The notes: generated by a model not told the origin, from the letters alone. Positions 1 to 11,734 are shown, counted from the whole stretch's first letter. The stretch: DNA of 63,629 bases, filler included, from 12 parts of 12 records of this genome joined end to end with filler, not necessarily neighbours in it, one strand, 5' to 3'. Program-made: numbers and translations.

Positions 1-68
1 GCAATCCTGGGTGGCTGGCTGAGCTCTCGGTCAGGGCGCTGGCTCTCGCGCGGGCGCGCGAGAGGGCA

Positions 69-1418
69 ATGCCTGACGCCGACCCGCCAAAGACTGCGGT
101 CCCGGACCCAAAGGCAGCTGCAGCAACAACTCTGGCGGCGCCGGCGCCGGCGGCGACGGCGGCGAGCTCGACAAGTGCTCCGCCCAACCCTGCGGCTGCG
201 GCCGCCACCACTCTCGCGCCGGCCGCGCCGGCTGCCACGCTCCAGCCACAGGCATACGCTGGGTACCAGATGGCCGGCTACCAGATGAACCCGCAGATGA
301 TGGTCCCAATGCAGCACTTGCGGCCTGCAGTGCCCGCTGGGCCGGTGGTGATTCCGTTTGCAAACGCCGGCACGGTGAAGCTCAGCGGATTGGCGCGCGA
401 AGTGAACGAATACCTGCTGTGGATGCTGTGCCAAACTGCGGGTGAGGTCAAGAACTGCAAGGTCATATATGACGCCATGGGACAACCGACTGGCGAGGGC
501 ATGGTGGACATGGGCGACCGCGACCAGGGGCGCCGAGCGATCGACGCGCTGGAGGGGCGCGAAATTTACGGCTCGGTCATCTCTGCTGCGGCAGTGCCAG
601 TGAAGTACTCTACAAACGAAGACACAACGAATCACACGTGTTTGTTTGTTGGCAACATCGGCAACGAGATCGATGACCACTCGCTGCATGAGTTTTTCGT
701 GGGGCTCTACTCGTCGTGCTCTTCCGCACGCATCGCACGTGACAACAAAGGCGGAGGCGGCGAAGGCCGTCACGCCGGATACGGCTTCGTCACGTTCCGC
801 GACAAGGCGGATGCAGACAAGGCGGTAGATAACACCGGGGTGCAGCTTGGTTCGCGCTCTTTGCGTATCATGCACGCCAAGAGCCAGACAGTGAGCGCTG
901 GCCGTGCGTCATCGGGAGGTAGCTCTGCTGCTCCGCCAGCCGTAGACAGCACACTTACGGTCGAGCAAATAGCGGCGCAGACTGAGACTACGAACACGAC
1001 AATCTACGTTGCAGGAGCGCCCACAGGCTTGACGGAACCTGTTGTGCGAGCGCACTTCAAAAGTCTGCTGCCAGACCTCGAACCCACGGAGGTCCGTGTA
1101 TTTCCTGACAAGCAGTACTGCTTTGTGAACTATCCAGACCATCAGATGTGTGCCCGGGCGATTCACACCGCCAACAACACACAGCTGGACGGCCGGCCAA
1201 TCCGCTTGTCCTGGGGCAAGATGGACACACAGCGGCAGCGGGCACCGCCAGGCGTTGCGGGAGGAATGATGGGCGGAATGCAAATGATGGGCGGAATGCA
1301 AATGCCGATGGGTGGCGGAATGATGGGGGCGCCGCCTGGGATGATGGGAGGAGGCTATGCAGCACCAGCCGCTGGTTATGGTGCCAGTGTCGGCAACCAT
1401 CGGTATGCGCCGTATTGA
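69..1418 (+). CDS. Triple-RRM RNA-binding protein, TIA-1/Pub1/Nam8/UBP1-like
   Basis: Intronless 449-aa ORF with three RRMs (VKLSGL; LFVGNI...GYGFVTF; TIYVAG...YCFVNY...IRLSWGK), an Ala/Pro-rich N-terminus and a Gly/Met-rich tail ending HRYAPY. Confidence 0.85.
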   Translation: MPDADPPKTAVPDPKAAAATTLAAPAPAATAASSTSAPPNPAAAAATTLAPAAPAATLQPQAYAGYQMAGYQMNPQMMVPMQHLRPAVPAGPVVIPFANAGTVKLSGLAREVNEYLLWMLCQTAGEVKNCKVIYDAMGQPTGEGMVDMGDRDQGRRAIDALEGREIYGSVISAAAVPVKYSTNEDTTNHTCLFVGNIGNEIDDHSLHEFFVGLYSSCSSARIARDNKGGGGEGRHAGYGFVTFRDKADADKAVDNTGVQLGSRSLRIMHAKSQTVSAGRASSGGSSAAPPAVDSTLTVEQIAAQTETTNTTIYVAGAPTGLTEPVVRAHFKSLLPDLEPTEVRVFPDKQYCFVNYPDHQMCARAIHTANNTQLDGRPIRLSWGKMDTQRQRAPPGVAGGMMGGMQMMGGMQMPMGGGMMGAPPGMMGGGYAAPAAGYGASVGNHRYAPY

Positions 1419-1559
1419 TCGACAACTGACAATTGATGAGGTGTCTATGAAGGTCTCTAGCTCATCAAGCTCGTACCATTTGATTTTAGGAGTTGCGTTT
1501 GCATGTCTTGGCAGACTATACCCATCGCAACCGTTTCATATTGACAAAGTAGCGTTGCC

Positions 1560-3233
1560 TCACCACTGGTCGCCTGTCTTTGAAAACACTGCAAACATGT
1601 TGTCGTGCGCTGTTAATTCAAGCAAAATCTTCCCGCCTATAGCGATCGGCACATCCTTCTTGTTCCAAATATCACGAAATTGTTTTGCCGTCGGTCTTCC
1701 GGGGATATCTGTCTGCACCGACAGCTCAATTGTTGCGTTCTCTAGACCAGTGTTGAGCACAAGTACTGCGACTTCGTAATGCGGCAGTGGCTTTGCCCAT
1801 ACCTGTCAGGCACGGTCCAAAGAGACTTGGTGAGTCGTGCTTTCCTGTAGCCGGTCAAGATTTTGGACCATCAAGCAGCTGCTGATCCATTGGTTTTCTA
1901 ACGTGCAATACCTCGACAGTGTCGTTCTGCAGAGTCTTGTAAAGCATCCCTGGAGCTCCTGCCCACGCATGGTTGATAGCGATGGCCTCGGTATTCGTAA
2001 TTGTTTGCCAAACGCGGTCCATGTCGACGGAGTTGCTCATGTTAAATCCTAAGATCAGTGGGCTCGAAACCTGCCGGAGGATGAGACAGCCAGTTTCAAG
2101 TTGGGTTTGAGGTTAGACTCTACGGAAGAGAAAATATGCTGTTCGAGAAAAATGCAGAAATGTCCACCACGAAAGCTGCTCTATCACTTATCTGTGTGCA
2201 AAATGGATCTATCGTGATGAGTCTTACGATACACCACAGGCCCATGTGTGCTCGCTCTTCGTTTTCACACTGTAGGTTCCTCCCCGGCGCATCGCTGCAA
2301 AAGTTGCCAATTTCCATCACTGGACGCCCAAACGACAGTCTCATATTGTACAATCTGGGAAACACCAGTCTACCAAATGCACCAGCACTCAAGTACTTAC
2401 TGTCTGGGTAGCCCCAGCAGCCCGGCCTAGATATTGGAACCGCTCCCCATGGGTGTAGTGTCGACAGATTGTTTTTCGCAAACCACTGGTGTGCCTCTGA
2501 AAGTGCGCCACCGAAACCATTGCCGATGTCACCACCACTCCGCCACATATTTGAGTCGCAGACTGTCGCAGAATCTGGACCTGGGCTCCACCACGAGGGC
2601 AGGTTGTGACCTGTGTTCACCACGCAGGCAGCATCAGTAGATCACCTTCTGTCCCAACGGTTGACACGAAAATATCACAGGTCGAAAACTCTCGCACGCA
2701 CAATTTTCCATCATCATCGGCCGACCAGTTGCATTTATCAATGCAGCCCACAACGACATGTTCATTGCCGATCCACACTGATCAATCTTGACCTGTGCTC
2801 ACCACGCAGGCCGTGTCAGCAGGTCACCTTCTGCCTACAGCTGACTCAAAACATCACAGTTCGACAACTCTCGCACGCACTGCGTCAAACCCAATCTCGT
2901 GCATAAACGCAACGTCCTCCTCAAAATACGTGCGGCCCTTCTCCATGCAGATACATGTGTTCAAATAAAAACCTACTTGCAGGGATAAAGAGTGCCCGTA
3001 GTCTACCAGACCTTTGAGGTCTGGGAAACGGATAGTGTCAATCATCGGAGTACCATCACTTTGGTTGTGCCACGTGCATCTCCCAGCGCGGCAGTCATTG
3101 ACGGAGCAAGTTTCGTTCGTCAATGAGTGTGGGAACGGCCCTGTGGGATGCCACAACATCGCTCACTCCGTGCTTACAGATCTTGCAACGAACAGCCTAG
3201 CACATACCTTGTGGAGACGAGCAGTTGCACCTC
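1560..3233 (-). CDS. Glycoside hydrolase family 27 (alpha-galactosidase / alpha-N-acetylgalactosaminidase-like), multi-exon, 5' partial
   Basis: The spliced translation gives RFPDLKGLVDYGH, GFDA|VKIDQC, WRSGGDI, PGCWGYPD|MMEIGN, RAHMGLWCI|VSSPLILG and E|VWAKPL...RDIW. Inferred introns: 2793-2880, 2611-2701, 2320-2400, 2071-2227 and about 1803-1912. The 5' end runs into the contig end. Confidence 0.88.
2611..2880 (-). repeat. Pair of homologous spliceosomal introns (2611-2701 and 2793-2880) in the GH27 gene
   Basis: Both read GTGCGTGCGAGAGTT...CAGAAGGTGA...GCCTGCGTGGTGA(A/G)CACAG. They are about 82% identical by manual alignment and separated by a unique 91-nt exon. Confidence 0.9.
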
Positions 3234-3335
3234 TGCAAATCATATCGCCGAGATTAAGATGCACCACAGTTGGCACGGCAGAATGTAAGAGATCTACTCC
3301 TCCAATGACTGCGCACGCTGTGCGAACATGACAGT

Positions 3336-3360
3336 TGTGTGTGTGTGTGTGTGTGTGTGT
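3336..3360. repeat. (GT)n microsatellite at contig end
   Basis: Direct reading of the sequence; it abuts the spacer. Confidence 0.95.
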
Positions 3361-3460
3361 NNNNNNNNNNNNNNNNNNNNNNNNNNNNNNNNNNNNNNNN
3401 NNNNTTAATTAATTAANNNNNNNNNNNNNNNNNNNNNNNNNNNNNNNNNNNNNNNNNNNN
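3361..3460. other. Artificial contig-joining spacer (first of 11)
   Basis: Ns flanking TTAATTAATTAA, which puts stops in all six frames. The same spacer occurs at 14927-15026, 19802-19901, 26384-26483, 30593-30692, 34685-34784, 39593-39692, 44282-44381, 50529-50628, 54568-54667 and 59805-59904. Confidence 0.99.
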
Positions 3461-4099
3461 GATCCAGAACCACAGAAATGTAGGATCCTAAGGGCTGATC
3501 TTCGATAAAAATGCAGCGACTCGAGGTGGTCCACGGAGTGAACGGTATTGCTCAGTGAGTTCTCCGTATACCCAGCGAATCCAACCCAGTTCTGAGAATT
3601 GTTGGGCCCAATTGGGAATCAATCGTGAATAAACCACCGAGTTCGGCTCCAATCTCCGTTCTGCGGGAAGGAGACATTTGGAAAAATTTGCAATTTTGGT
3701 CATATTTACAGAATGCATTCTCATTCATGCAAATTCAAGCACCGAGGGACTCTGAATTCTCGGGGTCCTTATGTATACAGTCTGCACTACCCTTGAGATT
3801 CATCTTCAAATCTGTCCGCGATCAGCCGGTTCTCACACTCTAGGAATTCCTATGAAAAAATGCTGAGCGTACGTACTGTCTGTGAGTCAGCGTTTGTTTG
3901 GCATAACATGAGGATTATGGGCGTGGCTGCGACAGGAATTTCCCCTGGAAATCGCCACGTTTGAGCGCGCTACAATAGCCGAAATAGGGGAAACACACGG
4001 TGAGTAGCGCTGAGTGGCGCTGAGCCACCGTGTGCCGTGCCGAGGGGCTTGAAGCCGCAGAAGCTGAGGCACTGCAAGGCGGGGTGGGGTGGGGTGGGT

Positions 4100-7000
4100 A
4101 TGTCGGGTCCGGCCGTGCGTCGGAAGAAGGTGCCGAAGGGCTTCAAGCCGCAGAAGCAGGTGGAGGTCATCGACCATGACCAGGCCTGGCTGCAGCAGCA
4201 GGTGCGCGGATACGCAGCCTGCCCTGTCCTGTCCTGTACGGCGATACGGCGCGGCTGCTGCTGGGGGGAAACGCTGTCCTGGTCTGTCCTGTCCTGTCCT
4301 GTCCTGTAGGACACGTCCTGGCCTGTCTGTCTGTCTGTCCCATTACCATCACCTACACCGCGCCCGTCACCTGCCCAGCAAGGCGCGATGCCGCAGCGGC
4401 TGCAGGCAGAAGATGCCCAGTCTACGATAGGAGGAAGCTGATCGCCCGTGTGGTGTCTGGCGACGCAGGAGCAGCAGGAGCAGCAAGAAGGCGCTCTTGG
4501 GGACGGGACTGGGGCGCCGCCGCGGCAGCCGGGCTCCAAGCCGCGGGGCAAGAAGGCGCCGTCCATGTCCAAGCGCTCGCAGCAGCGCCAGGCGCTGCGC
4601 GAGGAGAACGGGAATACCGCCGAGGCCGAGGCCGCCGCAAGGGCAGCGCAGGCGGCGGAGGAGGCGGCGGCGGAGGAAGCCCGCGCGCGCGCCGCTGCGA
4701 TCGCGCGGCAGGAGGCACTCCGCCAGGCCGCTGCGAAGGACGAGGCGGAGGACGACGAGGACGATGGCTACGGCGAAGACGACTTTGATGACTACGACGA
4801 CGACGACGACTTCGAGGACGGCTCGGACGACGATGGCACCGGCGACAGCCCCGGCGGCGCCCGCGCGCTGCAGCGTGCCATGCGCGCAGAGAACGCCAGC
4901 GCTGCGCGCAGCCGCAGCCTGGCCGCGCCCGCGCCGGCGGCACCGCCCAAGATCACAATGCTGCCGACGCGCGAAGTCGTCACGATCGAGACCAAGGAGG
5001 CCACTCGCACCAAGGCGGACAGGAAAGCGCTCTCTCGCTCTCGAACGCGCTGGCGGGACCTGGTCACCGAGGGTAGAGTGACGCTGACGGAGAGCGACAC
5101 TGCCAGCCTGTTCGACCGGCCGCCGTGCACCCTGTACCAGGTGGAGTGTGCCCTGGGCACGACAGGACGCGCCAGGCGGTCCGTACAGACAGGCGAGGAC
5201 AACATCACGATGGAAACCCAGACTGAGCGGCCGCCGATGCGATCACACGGCATGCACGCACCCGACGACCTGGGCCTCGCACCTGGCCAGTCTCAGCCCC
5301 ACGGATCTGGGCTTGTGTCGCAGGGAACCGACGCGCAGCCAGCTAAGGGCCCGGCACGATTGCTGGTCAACCACGACAGGACTTCGCTCGACGCATTCCT
5401 CCAACGCGCCTTGCCAGTGGTGGAGTCGATGCTGCCGAACGCGTTGAGGATCGCAGCGCCGCCCGCGAGCACTGGGTCAGACGGCAATCTCAGTACCTGC
5501 TACGCGACGCTGCCGGCTCCACGACAAGACCTAGCAGTGCGCGATGTGCATTACTGGCGACGGACCAACGCTGGCGGCGAGGATCGCAGCACCCTTGCAG
5601 TCGCTTACGGTACATCGCAAACGCTTGATGGTCTGGACGGGTCTGGACTGGTGTGCGTCTGGAACGCACACGATTCTCGTGACCCACTGGAGGTCTTGTG
5701 CTGCGCCGGTGCTGCCACGTGTTGTTGGATGGGCCAGTTGAGCGAGAATAGAGCGGCCGGCATTGTGGTCGCTGGCACTGAAGAGGGCACCCTCGCCGTG
5801 TGGGATTTAGCGCAGCCCAGATTTGCGCACGGCAAGACCAGCATAGAGCGCTGGCCATCGTACAGCACTGATAGCTTGGTCTCAGGGAACCACACTGCAC
5901 CGATTGTCTGTGTGCGCGGAGTACCGGACGCAGACGACTCGGAGCTCGCCCAGGCACTAGCGATGTCGCTGATGGGTAGCGGCAACAGTCACCTGCAAGA
6001 ACAGGACAACGCGGACAAGGGCGAGAAGAGCGTACAGGTCGCCACGATGGATGCTCTAGGAACTGTCGTGATCTGGTCGCTCATACAGCTCGCCCCAGGT
6101 GACCCCGGGGCCGACCCGGGGCTCGGCATCGGGGGGCGCGTGAAAGCCTTGCGCATGACAGCTGTCGACTCACCTGCGCATCCTGATGCACTGTCAGCTG
6201 TATCCACTGCCGTCTCTGGTGGCCTGTTCGCTGGTTCCCTGCCGTGTTTCGACATGGCCATGTGCCCAACAGACTCCAACATGCTGCTTGTGGGCTCGAT
6301 CAACGGAAAGGTGCACCGCGCCGCACGCTACGGGTACGCCATTATGCTTTGTAGTTTGACACAACGATGCACGTCTCTTCGGCTCCATTCAGCGTCTTCT
6401 GCAACTGATGCGAGTGGAACGTCTGACTGTGCAGGGATCCGCCAGCTCCGCGGCAATACCACTCTCCGAATGCGATTGAAGGGGGCCATTTTCCGTCCGC
6501 AGAGGGCCCTGAGTTTGATGCCAGGGCAGCCTCACGGTATCGGGAGCGCGGAGTCGGAGCCTCGGAGGACGTGTTGTGCATCGACTGGTCACCCTTTTGC
6601 ACCGACTTCTTTGCTGTGGCAGTGGCAGACGGGACCGTTGCTGTGTACGGCATTGGCGCCTCCCGTCCACGATTGGTCCTCGCGGCGCCTTCAAACCTGC
6701 CCCTCCTGTCGGTGCGGTGGTCATGCGATCGTCCATCGATCCTGTTCGCGCTGGATGCCGGGTCCACAGTTTTTGCATGGGACCTCACCCAAGCGGCATC
6801 TGATGCAACGTACGAACTGAATGTTGTCGGCCGCTCACACCTGTTTTGCATTCACTTGCACCTGATGCGTCTTTGGTGCCAGTCTTTCCACCTTGCAAAC
6901 GACGCTGAGCGTGCACTCATTATCGCTGTGTCGCCGCTTGCAGTTCATCCACACTGGTCGGTGTCGAACCATTGCTCTCTAAGCGGCTAGTTGAGCCGCA

Positions 7001-7229
7001 GGAGCCGCAGGCTACCAAAATCGTTGTGCCATCAGGCCCGGCAGCAGGTATCGCTGGGGCGCCAGGTAACGTTTCGACCGCCGACCCACATAGAGGGTCA
7101 GTGCTCGCGGTCGCTTTTGCGAACGGGTCTGTGGACCTGCATTTCCTGGAAGGCCCACTCGCAGCAATGGGTGACGGCGACACAACGATCGAGCAAGCCG
7201 TGCTGGAGGAGAAGCTTTGCAGATCTTGA
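4100..7229 (+). CDS. WD40 dynein intermediate chain, most like cytoplasmic dynein-2 WDR60/DYNC2I1 (FAP163), multi-exon
   Basis: Charged/acidic N-terminus (YGEDDFDDY), QT light-chain-binding motifs (SVQTGEDNITMETQTE), then WD40 blades (VCVWN, GTEEGTLAVWDL, MDALGTVVIW, IDWSPFCTDFF, VRWSCDRPS, VFAWDL). Introns at 4202-4468 and about 6334-6434, plus one near 6820-6950 with uncertain boundaries. Confidence 0.75.
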
Positions 7230-7389
7230 ACGACAACACAGTTCCTTCAATACATTCTTTTTGGCTTAAAAGCTATACAGTGGTATTGGCCAGCCATGTG
7301 TTGAACTTTTGAATGGACGGGTCAATCCATCAAACATCATTGATTGCACCAAAACCTCTAACTGCGCTGTGCCTCACTCAGTGAAGAAC

Positions 7390-10300
7390 TCAGTAGTCGT
7401 CGACCTCTCCAGTATCCTCTCCAGTGTTGAGGCGAAGCAGGTACCTGATGTTGCACTGGTTGACATTGTACACGATAAACTCCTGACAACGGTCAATGAA
7501 AGTGTGGTACAGCGTCACTCGTTAGTGAACAGCGCAGAGTCTATTGCAAGGTTCGATCTGGCAGCACGAACAGACGTACATTCACATTCACGGACGACTT
7601 CTTGATTTCGGTTTTGGCGACTTTGCCTGTTCCGTCACAAAACAACCGCTTACGAACAACAACTCCCGATAAACTCCCGAGCAGAACCAACACTGAAATG
7701 GAAAAAGTCACTCGGATCACATACCAAGCGGCATCATGCAGTCGGTACCATCATCAACCATGCCTGACTCGAGCGGAGCAAACTTCCCCAGCGCGTGTGT
7801 GCACTGTGTTCCCGGCTGTGCACACACGATCGAGGTTATACAAGGTTGCGACTGTAACATAAGTGAAAAACACACCTGTGCTTTGTCCATGTATTTGTCG
7901 CGCTTAGTTTCAAACTCTTGTCCCAACGCGACATCACAAGCCATGATCAATATCTCCTCGGACCCTGATGTTCTGCAGTAACTCGCCGACTTGCCCTACA
8001 TGCAAAAGTGCATACACGACCGAGGTTATACAAGGCTGCTACTGCAACGAAAGCACATATTCGAATGCTAGTGGACGACAGCAACTGTAGGAACAACGGC
8101 AAGTAAGGCTGTACTTACAATAACGTCAGCAAAGTAGGCTCCTTTTCCCTACACGCACAATGAGTGCACTGTCGAGGTGACACAAGGTTGCGACTGCAGC
8201 GGAAGCACAGAGGTCGACAGCAACTGTACGAACGGCAGTAAGTAAGGCTGGACTCACGAAACGATAGCCAGTTTTCGGTGCCTCAGGCGGCGCAATCCGC
8301 ATACCCTGGGAGAGGATGCCCCCGAAATTTGATGTTCGTGAGCCATGCCACAACATCCGACGATTTCCGAGACTTTTCTGCGGCTCGAAGCGATCGCTTT
8401 CGCCTTCACGTGCGACCTCAAACACCTGAGCAGCAGCAATAGCGTACCATGAGTCTCCAAACCGTATTGTCGTGTAAAGATAGACTAGATAGACTAGTAT
8501 AGAAGATTGATAGTCTAGACTCACCGCTGTCAGCTTCATCTTAGGGAACTTCTCGTAGCTTGCGAGGCCCGTCGGCGCCTTACCTTCTTTTACGTACTTT
8601 TCCATATGCTTGTACGCCTCCGTTCCTGGTTCCACTGGCTTCAGTTTGCAGTGCAGTTTTTCGTAGTGCTGATCAACCTCTGCTTTTGGTCCGTCACTGT
8701 CACTTCCATTCCCACCGCTAGTATTTGAAAGCATCGTCACAGCAGCTTCGATATCCAGTAGCGCTTCAATCATCTTGACTTTCGCACGGAGATCGTCCAA
8801 CGAGTTGATGAGCTTCATGCGGCCCAGACCGAAGTCATGAGGGATTACAGTGTAGAAGTGGTTGGAAAGATCAGTCAACTGTTGCTCTCTGCGCAAATCT
8901 GCATCGTCACCTTCAGCTTCCAGAACAGCCTGAATCGACGTCAGGACCTCGTATCCACTCTGAATCTGGCTTTTTTTCAAGTTCCCGAGTGGCATCTTCT
9001 TCAGATCGATCTCTGTACCGTGGCGTGCGCACAGAGACAGGCACATTCAGAGTCAGTTCGCGCGATAGATCACTGCGAGGCGGGGCAGCGGTAGCACGCA
9101 CCCATCTCTCGGAGGCTGTCTTCCATCAACTTGACATCGAAGATCAGGCACATTAGGTCTTGGACTCGCGGATCCAGCTTTGAACGTGCGTCCGCGGTCA
9201 CCGTCGCCAGTTTGCTCGCATCCCCGCTATCCTCGTTCTCCAAGGCGCGCGCCACTGGGAAGAACTTGCCTGGGCGTTTCGCAAACGGCACTCCACCCAT
9301 TACGAACGACCAGTCGTTCCCTGTCTTTTCCAAGTACAGCTTTTCAAAATCTGCCTTCGCCGCCCACACGCTGTCGAATTCCTGCAACTTTGTTCCGCCA
9401 ACATCAGTACCGACACGTCCCCATTTCCGGAACACCCACCAGCTCTTTTTGCTGTCTGCTTCAATCAGCTGGAGACCGTAGTAACTGTTAATGTTGCTTG
9501 CCAGATTAGTTACGTTGCCTACAAAGTCCCAGATGAGCGGGGGATCCTCGCCGCCTTCGTCGAGCACGTGACACAATCGCTGCTTATCTTCGCCTGCCAG
9601 CGGGTCTACAGCTGAGCGCCCCTTGATGATTAGCTTCTGTTTGTCCTGCTTTCCGACCCTCGGTCTCTTGTTCGACGCAGCAGCACCCTCGGCTCTCTCG
9701 CTGGCCGAGAGGTCCAGCCGGTGAGCATACGAATCAACGCTCGTCTGCGCCTCGAAGGTTCTTTCGATCCAATCTGGCTCGACCACGATGCAGTCTGCGA
9801 GCGTCCCCGCCTTCTTCACCTTCGCGTTACCCTCGTTGAACTCTGCGAGGGTTGCGATCAGATGCGTGCAGTTTTTCGTGACGGACTTCTTGATAACACC
9901 ACCAAGCTTCTCGATCTTTTGCTCTAGGGCTTCGTTCGCCTTCCCAGCTAAGCAGAATACCATGTCAGCGAATGGCATAGCTGTACCTCCTGCGGCCTGC
10001 CGCGCTCGGCGCACGGCGTCCTTGCCGGCCTTGGAGCCGGCCTTATATTTTGCTGCCACTGCTTGCAGCTTCAACTGCTCGATGTTCTCGCTCGGATCAA
10101 CCGGCCGACGCACTCGCTTTCGACGTTTGAAAGAAAATTTGCTGAGGTACGAGTTGTTGGCGAGACTAGCGGGGATTTCGGGCGCATCAGTGGCGATCTG
10201 ATCCGCAGGACATTTGAACACGCACGAGCCCCACGCACCTTGTTGGCCGCACTTGTACTCGTGGGTGGAAGCGTCGTAGGAAAGCGTGCTGCCACGGTTG

Positions 10301-11004
10301 CAGCAACCGCCTTCCTCACCAGGCGACAGCGCGACGCCGTAGCACAATATGTCTTTTGCGCGCTGCTGAATATCCGTATCTCCGCCCATACTGTGAACGC
10401 CGTTGTGCTGCAACAGGTTTTTGAGGATCAATGTGTTGCACCGATTCGCAAGCGAGTCCTTGATCTGCCATGCATACTTGACTTCTTCGTCGTAAGCCGC
10501 TTTGTCCTTGGCGTACTGCACCTCCTCCGGAGACACCGCCGCCGCTGCTCCTGCCGCTACGCTCGCGCCGCCGCCCTTCTTCTGCTTCTTCTTCTGTTGC
10601 TTCGAGTCGTCTGCATTTTCGTCCTCGGCATCAGCGCTCGCTCGCTTGCCCTTTCGTTTCTTGCCCTTCTTCGCAGCGCCCTCGGCGTCGACGGCCGCGA
10701 CGACCTTCGCTGCGCTCGCGCCGCCCAGGCTTTTCTTTATCCACGCCTCGACCTTCTGCTGGTCGTCGGGCCGAATCTCGTCCCAATTATGCACCAGCGA
10801 TGAGGAGAGCAGCCCTTGGTTCCCGGACTTGAAGAACGCCGCGGCGCCGTGCCACTGCGGCATGCGCCCGTCAAAGTGGGGGCTCTGCACCATCTTACCG
10901 ATGCGGAGTGCGCCCTTCTCAATCTTCTGCTTCGTCGTGCGGCACATCGAGCGGTTCGACTTCGCGTACTCGATCGTGAAGCCGAACTCATCCGGCACCC
11001 CCAT
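7390..11004 (-). CDS. PARP1: Poly(ADP-ribose) polymerase, PARP1-like (zf-PARP, PADR1-like, BRCT, WGR, regulatory and catalytic domains)
   Basis: Motifs IEYAKSNRSMC, FRKWGRVG, M|EIDLKKMPLG, FYTVIPHDFG, WHGSR, GYRF|GKGAYFADVI|GKSASYC and N|EFIVYN; the H-Y-E catalytic triad is intact. Introns at 9013-9101, 8426-8524, 8149-8257, 7996-8118, 7816-7875, 7627-7724 and 7483-7579. Confidence 0.93.
7816..8257 (-). repeat. Three mutually homologous consecutive introns in PARP (7816-7875, 7996-8118, 8149-8257)
   Basis: All three share the plus-strand block CGAGGT(T/G)A(T/C)ACAAGG(T/C)TGC(G/T)ACTG. The two longer ones also share CGACAGCAACTGTA and AAGTAAGGCTG. Confidence 0.88.
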
Positions 11005-11734
11005 ATCCCCGTGCAGCGCCAGCCAGCGACGGACGGAGCTTCAGATGATCGTGTGGCGACGACCCCTCCAGTAGCCAATCCCGAGATCTCCCTCTCGTCA
11101 CGCCCTCCGTAGTACTGCAGATCCCCTCTCGCCAGGGGCAGGGCGAGGGAGGGGGCTCTCTCAGGGAGTATTTGCAGTATAGGAGGAAACAGGGTGACCA
11201 CTCCCTCGCAAACGGCCGATCGACGGAACAGCGCTCCGTCCCGCCTGCTGGAATTCTGAATCCAAATTTTCAATTGCATATGAATTATGGATCCCGTACC
11301 GCCGAGCAGGCCCCCGTGCAGTACGCATGTAGCAGCGCCACCGCCAGGATGCGCCAGCATTTTTGTTCCGAAAAGTGAGTCAAATCAGTCAATTCATTTT
11401 CAACCTGGGTACATGTACCGGCCGGTACATGCATTTCGAAGACCGGATCGTTGCTGCTGGCCACCTGGGGTGCCATCGTGCCAATGCATTGTTGGCGCGG
11501 CGGCGGGTCTATCTCATCGTATATCGCTATTAGTACGAAGTACGTGCGGGCGCGGCAGGCACGCGCGAGCTGTCGTGCCCGCCCCAGCCAGGAAGCCCCG
11601 CCCTATTTATCAATACACAATAGACGTGGAGCCGGGGGAGAACGCCGCGGTCGACGCGCTCTACAACTATTCGAATACATCATGTAGTTGTGGCATCATC
11701 GTATATATCACAAGCAGACTGAGGCTGAGACTGC

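Noticed and set aside
2611-2880. CRISPR-like repeat-spacer array (also considered for 7816-8257)
   Set aside because: The repeats are long, degenerate, bounded by GT...AG, and the 'spacers' are in-frame exons. No cas genes are present.
3361-3460. Repeated N-flanked TTAATTAATTAA as a biological repeat
   Set aside because: It is an identical 100-nt artificial linker with stops in six frames. ORFs in the track that cross it are artefacts.
4225-4340. (CTGTC)n / (CTGT)n tracts (similar at 55410-55496) as mobile elements
   Set aside because: They are simple low-complexity repeats inside first introns.
7390-9100. PARP (and MCM6, GH27) as frameshifted pseudogenes
   Set aside because: Canonical introns restore continuous frames with intact catalytic motifs.
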